This document shows positions 37,921 through 51,582 of a stretch of DNA of 64,000 nucleotides, piece after piece. Position 1 is the stretch's first letter; each line of letters starts with the position of its first letter. A program made the position numbers and the translations under genes. This DNA comes from Callorhinchus milii (lineage: Eukaryota): assembly GCF_018977255.1 (NCBI RefSeq), contig NW_024704742.1:34784001-34848000 (forward strand), in the 5' to 3' direction. The notes below the pieces were generated by a model that saw only the letters and a list, made by a program, of their open reading frames with translations, had not been told where the DNA came from and made no database searches.

Positions 37921-38854
37921 GTGAGTTATAGAGTTCTATTTAAAATCAGTATTCTGAGTGTAATGTTAGAAAGATGGATAAAATACTGTATGTTTAACTT
38001 TATGCTTAAAATATTTAATAGCAGAAGTTAGGTTCATTTTGTTTCCAGGGGAAAACATGTTTGTGTGACCGGGAGGTGCAGGAAAGGTGGGTAGACATAT
38101 ATAATAGTTTCTGTTTGGTTGGTACGGAGAGTGCCTCCAAATTCATTCTGGTTTCTGTGGCGTGAAACATTTTTGCTGTCAAAATGTATTATTTTTAAGT
38201 AATCTGACCAGGCTGAAGTAATATATAAATATTTTGAAACAGTATTGTATGGATTTATTGGTGCTTTAACAACCATTAAGGTGGCTCAGAGAACCATAAA
38301 TCAAATTGTGAGGTTCAAAACAAAGATAACTCGCCAGCACTTATCACATCATAAACCATTGTGTGATTTCTGCATCTGGTCAAAGGATTTCATAAACCAG
38401 CTAAGGGCACTGGCACGGAATAATAAATACATCTTTAGTGACTTTTAACATGAAAATTTAAATGTTTTTTGATTTCAGAAATATGTTCATATCACAATGT
38501 TTTTTTAAAGCAACACAGTCCATCAATATTATGTTGATGAAGTGTAATCGCAATGCTGGTACCTACCAACATTGTAATTTCTAAGTCAGTATCCCTGACT
38601 ACTGAAGGCCAGTAATGATGGTGAGGCTGCTTGATGCAATAGGATAGTGGGCCTGCAGGAGTGTACAAGCAGAATGTTTTTTTTTAAAAATTTGTTATGG
38701 ATCCGATCCGGCTAAGTCTGATTTCCGGATACCCGGAGTCCATCCAGTAAGCTGGGAGTTTACTATACTAGTTTTACCTTTGTAGTCCTAATGTAATATT
38801 GTGATTCTTTTCACCTGTTAACCAAAGTTAAACGTTGGTTGTTATTATTTTCAG

Positions 38855-38976
38855 GACCATTTGTTGAACGAGCCATTATTTGTAGTGCAACTAGCGAGTC
38901 TTTGCTGTTCAAAGTGGAGCCCTTCCTTCCTCAAGTAATGGAAGAGGAGAAGGAAGAGCAAGATGTCAATCACTAA
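38855..38976 (+). CDS. MRPL1: MRPL1 exon 9 (last coding)
   Basis: tttcag|GPFVERAIICSATSESLLFKVEPFLPQVMEEEKEEQDVNH*; the nine exons join in frame to 978 nt. Confidence 0.95.
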
Positions 38977-39041
38977 CTCCCACGTTTTGTACCGATGTGT
39001 TGCCTGTCTGTTGATCTCTATATGGCATGTTACGATGATGC

Positions 39042-39047
39042 AATAAA
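39042..39047 (+). terminator. Candidate MRPL1 polyadenylation signal
   Basis: AATAAA 65 nt after the stop codon. Confidence 0.45.
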
Positions 39048-41074
39048 CCCTGGATTGTATGACATGATGAAAAGAAACAAGTTATTAAGTGTATCATTTC
39101 TACTAAAAAAGGGGCATAAGGGAAATTGTACTAGAAAAGTAAACAACTAAAATGTGTTTCCCCATTGTTTACTTAAAAGAGCTATTTACCCAACAGATAT
39201 AATCTCCAAATAAATCATAGTGCTTACTTAAAAGAATGGATAATGACAACATATTTCTCAACTTTGGAGTTTGGACATCGAGTATTTTTAACAGGTTTTT
39301 TGCGAATGACAGGATAATGCTCTTATATATCATACCATATAGCATATCATATCTTGTAAATTCTCCTATGAAATAATTACCATTAAAGCCACAAAATGAA
39401 ACAGAAGTTGCACATGCACATTGGATGGATCACATTGTTTGTTGGAGCAACAGCATTAGGAAGCAGACTCTTAACCAGTCTAGTGATATAATAAACCAAT
39501 CTCCTTCAGTTATCAGATGATCATTTCTATAGGCAACAACTAAGGTGCTAATTGGTTGCTTGAATGGCCAACCTCAGCAAAGGTGATGCACATATACTCA
39601 ATGGAATTTTTACCCAATTGTCAACCATTCAGGCTCTGCATCCCCATGACCCCAGTTCTTGCCGAGTTCCACTGGCTCCCTGTTGCAGAACTGAACAATT
39701 TCAAGATCCTCACTTTTAAATCTCTTAGTGGCCTGGCACCTCTCTACCTCGCCGATCTGTTCACATTATACTTCAATAACCACCACTTCGCTCAGCTGGC
39801 ACAGGTCTGCCCTTGTCCCCTCCGCTCCACAATTGGTGGCCTCCTTTCGGCCACTCTCCGTATCTTTTTATCTCAATCCCCCATCTTGCCCCCTCTTTAC
39901 CTGATCCGAAACACTGATTGTCCAGGGCCTGGGGACGTCCTCCCGACATGAAAGGCGCTATACAAATGTAATTTTATTGTCTTTAAATCACACCTAAAGA
40001 CTTAACTCTTTGACCGTGCCTTTGGTCATTACCCCCCTCTTTCAGCTCAGTGTCAAGCCATACCACTTAAAGTGCTCTGCAATGCTACCTACGTGTAAGG
40101 TGCTATATAAATGCATGTTTTGTTTTACATATAAGGGAAAGATTATTTATACAGTGCTTCCTGATGTGCTATAAGCAATGCTGAAGTGGCAGCACTAACA
40201 CTGAACACTGTTCTGTTCGCAGTGCAGCCAACAACCATGAAATCATCAGCTGAATGTCTAGTAGCAGAACTGGTCCAGGTCAGCCCACAACAGGAGGAAT
40301 GCTATCACCAGCCCATGACATTGCAAAACACAACTAATTTATGGCATTATTGTCTGATTACGTGTGATTATAGTGTTAACTCGTACCCATTTAAGTAAGG
40401 ATGCACTGCACATGTATGCACATACAGGATATGTTAACACATGTGTTATATGTGCAAAAAATGAAATTAACAAACTATTCCCTAGAAAGGTCTATCTAAC
40501 CCCTAGCAATATAGGGGGAGCATTTTGCCACTTACAAATCAAAATGAATGCAATATACACAAAAGTTTTATTGAATTCACACCACAGTTTATTTCACCAG
40601 GTGATACAAAATGTTTTGTAGGAAAAGATTAACATTGAGAGGAAGACAATTGTGATATGTAGTTGCACTGAATTTTCTAGCAGCAAGGCTCAACGATTTG
40701 ACCATTCCCTTCGTTTTTCTTTCTGCTGCAGTGGTGATTTGAATTGGTATCACAAATGGCCTATAAAGATGCTCTGGTTTCTTCTTGTACTCCCAAGCCT
40801 TAATCTATTTTCTTTATCCCCTTCCCCAATTCTACCTGTCTAAATTTAAATGATAAAGAAATATATGTTTCTCTGCTCTTTTTATGGCCACCCAAAGAAC
40901 ATAGGCCTAACTTGTAACAGAACAGAGTAATTTCATGGCAATAAAAGTGTCACAACATAGGGGTGGGGGGGGGGGAGAGTATAATTGCACACACAAACAT
41001 GCACAAGAAACTGATGCCGCCTGATGGTACAATAGTGCAACTACAGGTGAGAAACAGTACCACCTGATGGAGCA

Positions 41075-41418
41075 AGTTTGATATAGCGCCTCATCACATC
41101 TTTGAGACGTCCCAAAGAGCTTCACAGAATATACTGTAAAGTGAATTGACTGTATATTCTGTGGGCGTAATGTGACAGCCAATTGCACACAGCAATATCC
41201 CACACAGTTGTGGATTGAATGACAAAATTATAATTTTTTTCAAGGGATTATTACCCCTGGAAAAGCGATCCGCCAATCAAGTAACAACCGGGTTACTACT
41301 TACTGCTAGATAAAAGGCGCGTGGAGTAAGGAAACTTGCCCAACTTTTCGCCCTGCCAGGAATCAAACCTAGGTCCTCTCGCTTGCGAGGCGAGTGCTCT
41401 AACCACTGAGCTGCAGGG
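41075..41418 (-). mobile_element. tRNA-headed SINE
   Basis: Reverse complement of family head, core and tail. Confidence 0.85.
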
Positions 41419-42745
41419 ATGAATAGTGCGACATGGATCAGAGTGACCATATTTTGTAAAACCAAATCTGGGGACACATATAAAAAATATTTCCTAATAC
41501 TGGCAATGTTGGAGAAACCTGTTGGATTAATGGCTGTATTTCTCTGATGAGTGCTTTAGAATGTTATTGTTCTTGCACAGCTTGTTGCTGAATTCAAGAC
41601 AGAGCAAATTTGGCCAGGGACATAATACCTCATGGGGGAACTGTCATAGAGCCAGCCTCATACACTTACACAGCAGAAGTCCAGCACCAAGAGAAGGGAA
41701 AACGGTGCATGGTAATAAACAAGTTACTTTTCTAAACTTAATTAGGTTCTGTTAGGAATACCTTTGGATTGTAAGGTTCAAGCCTCACTTCAGGGAAGGG
41801 AAGCACTATTATTGAAGATGCCCTCCTTTGGATGAGATATTAAACCAAGATCACACCTTGTTCATATCAAAGAGCCCATTACAACATTTGAAAAGATAGG
41901 GATATTTCTTTCAGATAAATCCAACAATCTGTTTGTTGTTCATTTTGATGGCTATTTGTCAGACCTTGCCATGAGCTCAAAGACTGACACTCCACCATTG
42001 ACACAGCACTCCTCCCACTCACGGACCAGCTTCTCCGTTCACTGATATGGAACTTATTAATGTTCCTGACTGCCAACTCCCCCATTACAATCACAGCAAG
42101 TCCCACTGTCAAACACCAGATCCCTCATCACAAGCACAGAGCGCCACATTTTCACAAACCATAGCTGCAATCTAACCTCCTTGGCTCTTGGCAATATCTT
42201 CTCAACTGCGACTCCGATCTCCTTAAACACCCCCCACCAGCCTATCCTTCAGATAGACACAGACTTCTGCACAACCTAGACGTCAGATGTAATTCCCCAC
42301 TTGATCTTCCTAATCCCCATCTGGTCTCTGACCAGGGCCACTTTCCTCCACCTCTGCCACATTACCGGTCTCCATCCATACCTCACGCCCAACACAGCTG
42401 AAACCCATATTCACCTATTTGTCAAATTGCACTTTGATTATTTCAATATCCTCCTTGATGGTCTCCCCAGATCCACCACACATAAAATCCAACTAATTCA
42501 ACATTCCACCACCCATATTCTTAACTGTACCAAACTCCACACCACCATTACCCTAGTCCTTGCCAGGTTCCACTGGCTCCCAATTGCAGAATGATTGATT
42601 TAAAAGTCGTCAAACTAATTTACACATAATTTCATCCCCTAACAACCCCCTACCTCTCTGACCTGATCACACCCTACTCCTCTACACTCCCCCTTGCACA
42701 ACTGTCTCCAGCCTCCTGCATGTCCCTTGTCCCCTCCGCTAAATC

Positions 42746-43250
42746 CAGGACCAATTGCGGGGTCTGAGGTCGTAAACCAGATTTGGGGGCAATTCATGGA
42801 AAAATTGGGCACCAAATCTTGGTGGGGGTTGCACCAAAAAGCATTAAAAAATGCACAAAGGTACAGCCCCCACCCTTCCATATCGGTATCACCTGAGGCT
42901 GTATCGCACTGCTGCAGCCATCTCCAGCCCCCGGGCTCAGGCTGTCCGGGCAGATGGTGGCACTCACCATCATCTTGGCGGCAGTAGCTTTCCTGTCTTC
43001 CAGACTCCATGGCTAGCCCACCATGTGCCACAACATGTTGCGGAGTGAGACTGCACAAGGAGGGAAGTAGCAGGGTCTGCTGGGTGGAGGATTCCCTGTT
43101 TTCAGTAAATCAGGAGATATTTTCACAGGGGTGCTTGGGAACCATTTCCTGAATGGCCAGTCCCCCCTTAGTAATATCCATATCCGGGGCCCCTCAGACC
43201 TCAAGATCCTAAACCATGGCTCAGTTGGTTTATACATTAATCCGGTCCTG
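42746..43250. mobile_element. hAT-like non-autonomous DNA transposon (MITE) nested in a decayed L2
   Basis: Termini caggaccaatt ... taatccggtcctg; subterminal inverted ggtctgagg/cctcagacc; L2 sequence resumes on both sides. Confidence 0.6.
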
Positions 43251-43671
43251 ACTCCACTATTGCCGACCATGCTTTCAGCCATAACATCCCCAAACTCTGG
43301 AACTCCCTACTTCAACCCTTCCACATTGTCCCCTCCTTGCCCAACTTCAGATTACATCTGAAGACTTTCCTCAAGCTCGGCCACTGGTAAGCATTCCGAG
43401 ACGTTAACCCGCCTGAAATATGCTGTTTAAATTCAAGTTGATGTTGATTTGCTGGTTCAGTATGACATTTTGAAATGTTTATATTAGCACAGCACCCGCA
43501 CGTTGCATATTTCATCAGCTTGAACTGAGTGTAAACTACTAGGAAAGGATTATAGATTCAATGGCTCTACTTATATGAGCTTGATAATATTGACTCCCTC
43601 AAAGACTGCTTGATAAATACGGAATTTGATACTGGAGCCCTAAAGTGTCTATTGGTGTTATTATAACTAAC

Positions 43672-43980
43672 ACAACAACAACAATATTAAATTTATAGAG
43701 CACCTTTCATGTCGGGAGGATGTCCCAAGGCACTGGACAGTCAGGGGTCAGGACCCGAGCATGGGGGAGGGGTGCGATAGGGTGAGGGAAGGCAGAGAGG
43801 TGGGAGGGCGACTGAAGGCACGATCGAAGAAAAGGGTCTTGAGACCGACCTTGAAGGAGGCAAGGGAGGAAGTGAGGCAAAGGCACTGTGGGGTGGAGTT
43901 CCAGAGTGTGGGGGCGGAGAGGCTGAAAGCCCAGCCACCAATGGTAGGGTGGGTCGGGCGGGAGACATGGAGCAGGCTTA
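43672..43980 (-). mobile_element. L2 3' end
   Basis: (aac)n plus reverse complement of L2 tail. Confidence 0.85.
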
Positions 43981-44700
43981 GTTGCTAAAGTTGGGAAAAG
44001 GCTTTCACAACCAACAAATAGAGCCAGTCTGGAAGCTCCTGACTTGCAGTGCATACATTAGGCTAGATTAGAACATTTATCCAATAATATAGATGTGAAA
44101 CAAAATCTCAAATTAAGGTCAGTGACTACATACTATGATTTCTAAAGCCTTCTCTTAGCGCTTTAAATCTTAAAATACAGAGGCCTAAAGTATCACTTGG
44201 TCTTGGCGCATAATAATAATCCTTAGATTTTGATTTCAAGGACAAATAAAAATAATTTGTCTTAAAACTTAGGATAATTTGGAAGCCAGTTCTTTTTTAA
44301 TCACTGCAGAAAACTAACCTCCAAGTTAAGATTGAATTGAAAAAAAATCCACAATTCTGCACAATTTTAAGTCTTAAGACAAAATGTTCTCATAGGCTAA
44401 GACTGGAAGGGATTTCAGACCTTTGGTGCTTTCAAAGATCTTTAACAATCAGTTCATCAGTCTTCTGAATGTGTTGAGCAATTTAGCCGTTTCCACAATT
44501 AATGATTGAAGCCTCTGCTTTCTGAATCATGGGAACCTGGAGAATTATTATCTGTGAAAGAGAGACAAGTGAAAAAGCAGGTCTCGTGAAATTACCCTAA
44601 CTGGCTGATAAGGTTAGGACACTGTAATTCTTCAGGGCAATTCCTTATAATGATTGCATGGGGAACGGCGTGTGGAGGAAAACCTCTCGTTGTCAGCTCC

Positions 44701-44765
44701 TCAGTAAGTCATAGTCTCCTGTTGCATCACCTCCATTATGATCTGAAGCTTCGTAGTTAAGAAGC
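44701..44765 (-). CDS. SLC7A11-like: xCT-like exon 12 (last coding)
   Basis: ttccag|GFLTTKLQIIMEVMQQETMTY* (cf. xCT LQIILEV); twelve exons total 1455 nt in frame. Confidence 0.9.
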
Positions 44766-45657
44766 CTGGAAGAGTAAGCAGATGTGCTCTATAAGTAACC
44801 ACGGAGCCTAAATATAAGAGAAAGCTTTCAAATAAGTAAAGTCATGTAACAAAGAAATAACAAAACCAATACCACTAAAAATGAACACCAGGTTAATCAA
44901 GATCTGAAAGAAGCACAGAATCAGAAATCACAATATGGAAGATACTTTGTCGGATTGGAGGCTGTACTGGTACCATCTCAACTGGCACTATCTACTGTAA
45001 CATAATTCCTTACGCTTTCCTCATATCCTTTTAAAAGGCTTCTGGGATTGAAAAATCTGCCAAAATCTAATCAACTATTGGAATAGGCTTGATGACTTGA
45101 TTGCCCTTCTCCTGTTGCTGTTTTCATGCATTCTTGTGTTCGATCTTGGCTGGCACTGGCCTACTTCACATCTCCTGCCCTCCCTGTCCCACCTCTGGCA
45201 GTTGAGCCTTCAGACTTTCTGATCTCACCCTCTGGAACTCCATCCTGGTATCCCTTTGCCTTGCCCCTTTCCTTCACCTCATTCAAGGTCAGTCTCAAGA
45301 CTTCCCTCTTTGACCATGACTTCAGTCATCTCTCCTCATCTCCCAATCCAACCAAAAGCCTTGACTATCCAGCACCTTGGGAAATCCTCCCGATGTGAAA
45401 GATGCTACATAAATGTGATTTGTTGTTGTTCTATAATATGATTGTACAGAGGAGGAGAGGTTGACAGGCATATGATAGTGAATGGAATGGATTCTCTGGT
45501 AGCGAACAAAATATCAAAAAGGTTTTTTGGGGGGTTACCCTCCTACATTCTGTACCATGCAATCTATTGCCAAAGTGGGTAAGGAGAATCAGATAGGATC
45601 TAGATTTACTGCCTTAACCAAAGCATGTTGTCTCTAGCAGTGAAGTAGCCTTGCCAG

Positions 45658-45976
45658 TAATAATAATCCTTGCATTTGATATAGCGCCTTATCACATCAT
45701 TAAACACTTCTCAAAGCGCTTCGTAGAATATATTGTAAAGTGAATTGACTGTATTTTGTTGACAAAATGTGGTAGCCAATTGCACACAACAGTGTCCCAG
45801 AAATAGTCATGGATCGAGTTTTCGTTTAGGGATTATTATCTTGGGAAAGCATCCACAAATTAACTAACAACTGGGTTGCTAGGTAAACAAAGATGTGTGG
45901 AGTAAGGATATTGGTCTAAGGTTGTCTAGTAATCAATCCCAGGTCCTCTCGTTTGCGAGGCGAATGCTCTAAACAC
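45658..45976 (-). mobile_element. tRNA-headed SINE, decayed
   Basis: taataatccttgcatttgatatagcg...gtcctctcgtttgcgaggcgaatgctcta. Confidence 0.8.
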
Positions 45977-46432
45977 TAACAACGACAACAACAACAACAA
46001 GATTCCATTTATAGAGCGCCTTTCACGTCGGGAGGATGTCCCAAGGCGCTGTACAGTTGGGTCAGGACACGAGCAGGGGGGAAATGGTCAGGGTGAGGGG
46101 AGGGAAGGGAGGGGGCGAGGAGGAGGTAGAGAGTCGAGAGGGGAGCTGAAGGCACGGTCAAAGAGAAAGGTTTTGAGACCGGCCTTGAAGGAGGAAAGGG
46201 AGGAGGCAAGGTGAAGGCACTGGGGGATAGAGTTCCAGAGCCTAGGGGCTGAGAGGCTGAAGGCCCAGCCACCGATGGTAGGGCAGTCGGGGCGGGGGAT
46301 GTGGAGCAGACCGGAGCCAGAGGAACGGAGGGTACGGGCAGGTAAGTAGGGGGATAGTAGGTCGGAGAGGTAGGAGGGAGCAAGGCCGTGAATGACCTTG
46401 TAGGTGAGGATGAGGATCTTGAATTTGAGCCA
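45977..46432 (-). mobile_element. L2 3' end
   Basis: FKILILTYKVIHGLAPSYLSDLL...FKAGLKTFLF; (aac)n tail. Confidence 0.9.
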
Positions 46433-46708
46433 CAAGACTCCACAGATCCCAAGTTCACCTCAACTAGGGAATTTGTCCACATGATTATCAACTGATAGCA
46501 ATGCCATTGCCAATTGACACAACCAAGGATAGATTTTAAACCACATTTATCTGTGAAGCTTTGCTACATACATAAGGTGCAGGAAGGATAGATAGATTGG
46601 AAGGACATATTTGATTAATAACCTGGAGCCCACCATTTTCCATTACATCAACCACATCTTGACCCATCAATGCTGCCCTTGACACATATAATTGGTTTCT
46701 ATACTTAC

Positions 46709-46886
46709 CAAAAGCTTTCCTGCAGCAGGCTGGTACTTGAGATTTGCGGATAACCAGGCAATAGACAGGCACGCCTGTCAGGGTTAACAAACAGCCCATT
46801 CCTGTGTTAAATGGGTCAGAGTAAAGAGACAAGCCCACAATCATCAGGCACATGATTGTGAAGATGGCAGGAATGACGATTGGAAT
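46709..46886 (-). CDS. SLC7A11-like: xCT-like exon 11
   Basis: tctag|IPIVIPAIFTIMCLMIVGLSLYSDPFNTGMGCLLTLTGVPVYCLVIRKSQVPACCRKAF-G|gtaagt. Confidence 0.95.
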
Positions 46887-47054
46887 CTAGAAAGAGAGAA
46901 CTTGCATTTTTATCATGCCTCATTACGTCAAAGTCTCAGAGCACTTTACAGTAATTTATGCCAACGGTAGTGACTGCTTTTTTGTGGGCAAATGTGGCAA
47001 TTACTGTATTTTATCCACATCAAAGCCCATAAACAGGCAAAAGAGTTGAAGGTA

Positions 47055-47270
47055 CAATAATAATCCCTCCAAGAAACAAAATAATAATAAATTGGTCATT
47101 TTCAATCCATGATTGTTTGTGGGACACTCTGTATGCAATTGGCTGCCGCGTTCGCCCACAAATATACAGTCAATTCACTTTACAGTATATTCTGTGAAGC
47201 TCTTTGGGACGTCTAGAAGACGTGAAAAGCGCTATATCAAATGCAAGGATTATTATTATTATTATTAATT
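47055..47270 (+). mobile_element. 5'-truncated SINE
   Basis: aataatccctcc...core...ggattattatt. Confidence 0.85.
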
Positions 47271-47544
47271 ACTATTTGGCTCATTGACCCAGACACCAAA
47301 CAAAACTCACTTCAAAAGCATATTTGTCATGTAAAATTGAGCATTCACTTCTCAGCTACTTGTGGCACAATTCTGTGTGTAAATCGGTTGCCACATTCAT
47401 CCACAAAACACACAGTCACTCCACTTTACAATATTTTGGGCCTCAGGTGATATCACATTCAGATGAGTGTGGTTTATGTTAGTAATTATATTTGGATTCC
47501 AGCCTTCAATTTACCACCTTGTCATTGAGTCTTCAAGACTCTCC

Positions 47545-47895
47545 ATGACCTGCCTCACCCTACCTCTGCGACCTGCTGACCCCATATCAACCTGCCCACT
47601 CCCTACATTCAGCAGGCTCTGGTCTGCTCCACCTACCTCGCCCAGCCCGGCCCATCGGCGGTCGAGCCTTCAGCCTTTCTGCACCCATCCTATGGAACTA
47701 CATCCTGCATTCCCTTCGCCTCGTTCCCTCCCTTGCCTGCTTCAAGGCACATCTCAAAGCCTTTTCTTCGCCAAGGCCTTTGGCTACCCTCCTACCCTCC
47801 CTGCCCCCCATCTTCCCCGATCCTGACCCCCAGCTCGAGTCCAAATCCCCGATTGTCCAGTATCTTGGGACGTCCTCCCGACGTGAAAGCCGCTA
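47545..47895 (+). mobile_element. L2 3' fragment
   Basis: Tail gggacgtcctcccgacgtgaaag. Confidence 0.78.
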
Positions 47896-48674
47896 TAATT
47901 TTGAATTGTATTGCATTGAGTCATCTAATGTCTGGGTATAGCCTGGCAATGGTAGAGACCTAGGATCAACTTAAATTTCAGACTTCGATTGTGTCAGAGG
48001 TGAGAGTGTTGCCAACTGAGATAGGCTGAATCAGAAGGTTCTGGGTTTAAGCCACACGTCGCAACTTTGGCTCATTAACCCAGAAACCAAAAGAAACTCA
48101 CTTCAAAAGCATATTTGTCATGTAAAATTGAGCATTCACTTCTCAGCTACTTGAGGGACAATTCTGCCACTTCAATTCAGTACATTGTTGGAGGTGCCTT
48201 CCTTTGGATGAAACATTAAACCAAAATCCCATCTGTTCAGGTGGATGTTAAGGATTCCTTGATACCATTTGAAAAGAGAAAGGATTATCCTGGCAATCAA
48301 TATTTCAATTAAAATTTATTGTTCACTCCTTGCTTTGCACAAATTGGTTGCTGCATTAGCCTACACAATATACAGTCACTGCACTTTATACTATATCTCA
48401 TGAAGGGTTTTGAAGCATCTTCCCGATGCTAATGGTGCTATATCAAATGCAAGTATTATTATTTTATCATCCTTATTATTATTGGTGACAGAACATGAGT
48501 GGCATAAAGAGTCAACAGAAGAGGAAGCGAATAAAAAATAATGACCTTACATAAAGCCTCATTTCCAAACACTCATTAGGATACCGGTGACAACATAAGA
48601 CAGTCAACTTGGAGTTGGAGCTGAACCTTTAACTAAAGCAAGAAGGAGACGTTCGTCTGACTATGGTACTGTAC

Positions 48675-48824
48675 CTTGAATGGCCGAGGCTGCTGTGGAT
48701 GTGTGTAGCGATGCCGAATGAGGCCAGTGGTTACCAGCCCCATAAAGAACCAGCGTGGAAAGCTGTTAAAATTCAGCAAGGCATACAATTCACCACCAAA
48801 AATCATCAAAAGGATTACCGGATA
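48675..48824 (-). CDS. SLC7A11-like: xCT-like exon 10
   Basis: ctcag|YPVILLMIFGGELYALLNFNSFPRWFFMGLVTTGLIRHRYTHPQQPRPFK|gtacag. Confidence 0.95.
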
Positions 48825-49120
48825 CTGAGAAAGAAACAGAAACAGATTTCAGACAGTGAACGCAGCACACTAAATATTCATTAGCTATTGATCAATCTAC
48901 TGCAATGGGATGCTTGGAGAGGGGACAATTTGGTCTTGTTACCTGCACTATTTGGGACATCAGGATGAAAATAGCAGTATTATCTGCAAGTTTTTGTACT
49001 AACTCGGCACTAAAAGTGGCGCAGCACCAAAAGTGAAGTAAAACAAGTGTGCAGAAGAGTGTTTCAGTGAAATCCTCAGAGTGAGATAGTTGAGGTTGAG
49101 GTAAAGTGCGACCTACTCAC

Positions 49121-49217
49121 CAGTAAAAGAACAGCTGGAAGAGGAGTGTGGTATCGGACATGGATCATGGAGAATAACACTGGCCACTGGTCTTCTCTGG
49201 AAGCCACAAAAAACATC
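49121..49217 (-). CDS. SLC7A11-like: xCT-like exon 9
   Basis: caaag|[32 protein letters not shown]|gtgagt. Confidence 0.93.
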
Positions 49218-50177
49218 CTTTGCAAGGCAGAAAATAGTCATTATTACTCAGCAGCATACACAGAGCACACTGGTAATAAACTGTCACCGTCAGTGTAACA
49301 GCTGGGACTGGCCATATCCTGCAAGAACCAGTGGCCCTGTCCATTTGAGCTTTGGTTTTATTTGATCCTTTGGTTGTGGGCACGTCTGTATTTATGATAA
49401 TAAAAATAATAATACTTGCATTTGATGTAAAACCTACAATGCCCAAAGTGCTTCACAGGAATTATTGTGAAGTTCAGTGACTGAACTTGTAGGTGAATAT
49501 GGCACCCAATATGCACCCTGCAATATTCTACAAAGAGCCATGAAGTCAATGATCAATTTATCTGGAGGATTGTTGGACATAAGAAACTCCTTTCTCTTTT
49601 CAAAATGTCCCCTGGGATCTTTGACATTCAGCTGAACAGAGAGAAAATAATAATCCTTGCTTTTGATATAGAGCCTAATTATGTCGGTGCGACGTCTCAA
49701 AGCACTTCACAGGATATACACCACTAAAATACACCACTGAGTACCTTGGTTTAACATTTCATCTGAAGGACGGGATCTCTGACAATTCAGCGCTCGCCCA
49801 GCACTGCACTGTCAGCCTAAACTGTGCAAGACTTGATCTCACAACCTTCTGATTCAGAGGCAAGAATGTTGTCTTGTGAACAAGACTGATAACTACAAAT
49901 CTTCTTGATTTGGAGCATAATAACTTACATTTTCAAGCAGGTAGAGGATAGTAAAGCACAATTGCCCAAGATACATCAGCTCATTGGGATATCCTCACGA
50001 TGTGAAAGGTATTACATTTGATGACAGTGTAGACCTCACTTAATTCCCCCCAAAAAGAAGGGTCCATACTATTTGTTTTATTGCCCTCAAAAGGCCGGAG
50101 TGGACCCATGAATATTTCTTTGTCACATAAACACACATCCCAAGAACCAACCACACTGTGGACATCCTCTATACTAC

Positions 50178-50281
50178 CTGGAAGTAGAAAACAATGCTCC
50201 GTTTATTGCCCCGAGACACGACAAGGCAACAAGAAGTGGAATCACTGGGGAAAATTCCTTCAGAGTACGAATGCCAAACGT
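50178..50281 (-). CDS. SLC7A11-like: xCT-like exon 8
   Basis: attag|TFGIRTLKEFSPVIPLLVALSCLGAINGALFSTSR|gtagta. Confidence 0.93.
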
Positions 50282-50709
50282 CTAATAAAAGGGAAAAGCA
50301 CAAACAGATCAATAGGAAAAGGAAGAAGCTCCTCTAAAGAAACCCAACTGATATGTCTACAAGTACAAGTTACTTCCCCCCACAACTCACAGGCACCATG
50401 GTCAGAGGCTGCCATTTATGTTTCCTCATAAGAATACCAGGCTGGGAGCAAGAACTTTCTAGCCTGTTTCATCCTATGCATTCCAGCTGTGTGTCTACAT
50501 TTTTGCAAAATCTTAATTGTAGTTTGGATGAATAACACTCTTCAACCTATTTGATCCCATCCAGAATACCCAGCCTGCCATCTTCCTATTACAGTATCAA
50601 GCTTAAATATCACCCTTCCTGGGAATCTTTTAATCAACCTGACTTGTTGCGCTGAATATTCGCCATTAAAAATATGCTGGGCTGAAGCATACTTCTCTGA
50701 GTTACCTAC

Positions 50710-50833
50710 CACAGCAACTGCGCTAGAATCCAACACCTCATCTGCTGTCATTACTGCATAATAGGCCACATTTGCGAGTAGGTAGAGGATAGTAACAATT
50801 ATCAGGGAGAAGATAATTGCCCGAGGTACATTC
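50710..50833 (-). CDS. SLC7A11-like: xCT-like exon 7
   Basis: tgtag|NVPRAIIFSLIIVTILYLLANVAYYAVMTADEVLDSSAVAV|gtaggt. Confidence 0.95.
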
Positions 50834-51582
50834 CTACAAAAAGAAATCATATCAAACGGAACCATAACCTGAATTTTGTCCTCATCACCTCCGTTTAAAG
50901 CTAATTGAAATGAATGAGTAACCAGTGATGGGCCACGAGCTGGTGCCCTGGTGGGCAATGTTATGGGGTGGCAGGGGTCGACTGTTCATACTCGGTGAGC
51001 GTAACGTTTCAGCTGCACCAATTACAGGGAGTGACTGCTGCCACTTTCACCCTACCTGTTCAGGCTTTGGCTTAAAGAGTTGACAGGAGCTGAGTAGGAA
51101 GTATCCCGAGCCCCAGTGACCTGTTCCTCCAATCCATTTCCTGCTGACAAGGCAGGCTGGCTGGTCGGTCATCAGTAGTGACCTGGAGTAGTCTGGATCC
51201 GCATGGCTGAGGAACCGCAATAGAAAAACCGCCACAGAAATTTGACTTGATTCCAATATTCTGTTGTCAGGTGTTACACTTTGGAGCCAACTGAGCCCCA
51301 AAGAAACCCCACTATAGCCAGTTACACAGCATGGATTGTACAAAGCTTAGGTGCAAGTCACCCACTCACAGCAGTGAATTCTGGAGAATGTGGGAAGGGT
51401 TGGATGAAACGCAAACAGGGGCAAGAAACACCACATTTAAAATGGAACAAAAAATATAAATGAAAACATACTGAAGCATGAGCCAGGAGAATCAAAACAA
51501 AATGAAGAAAGTTAAGAAAGTAAAGAAAACAGTACATCACCTAGATTTTATTAGGAATCTCAATGAGAATTATAGTACATAC

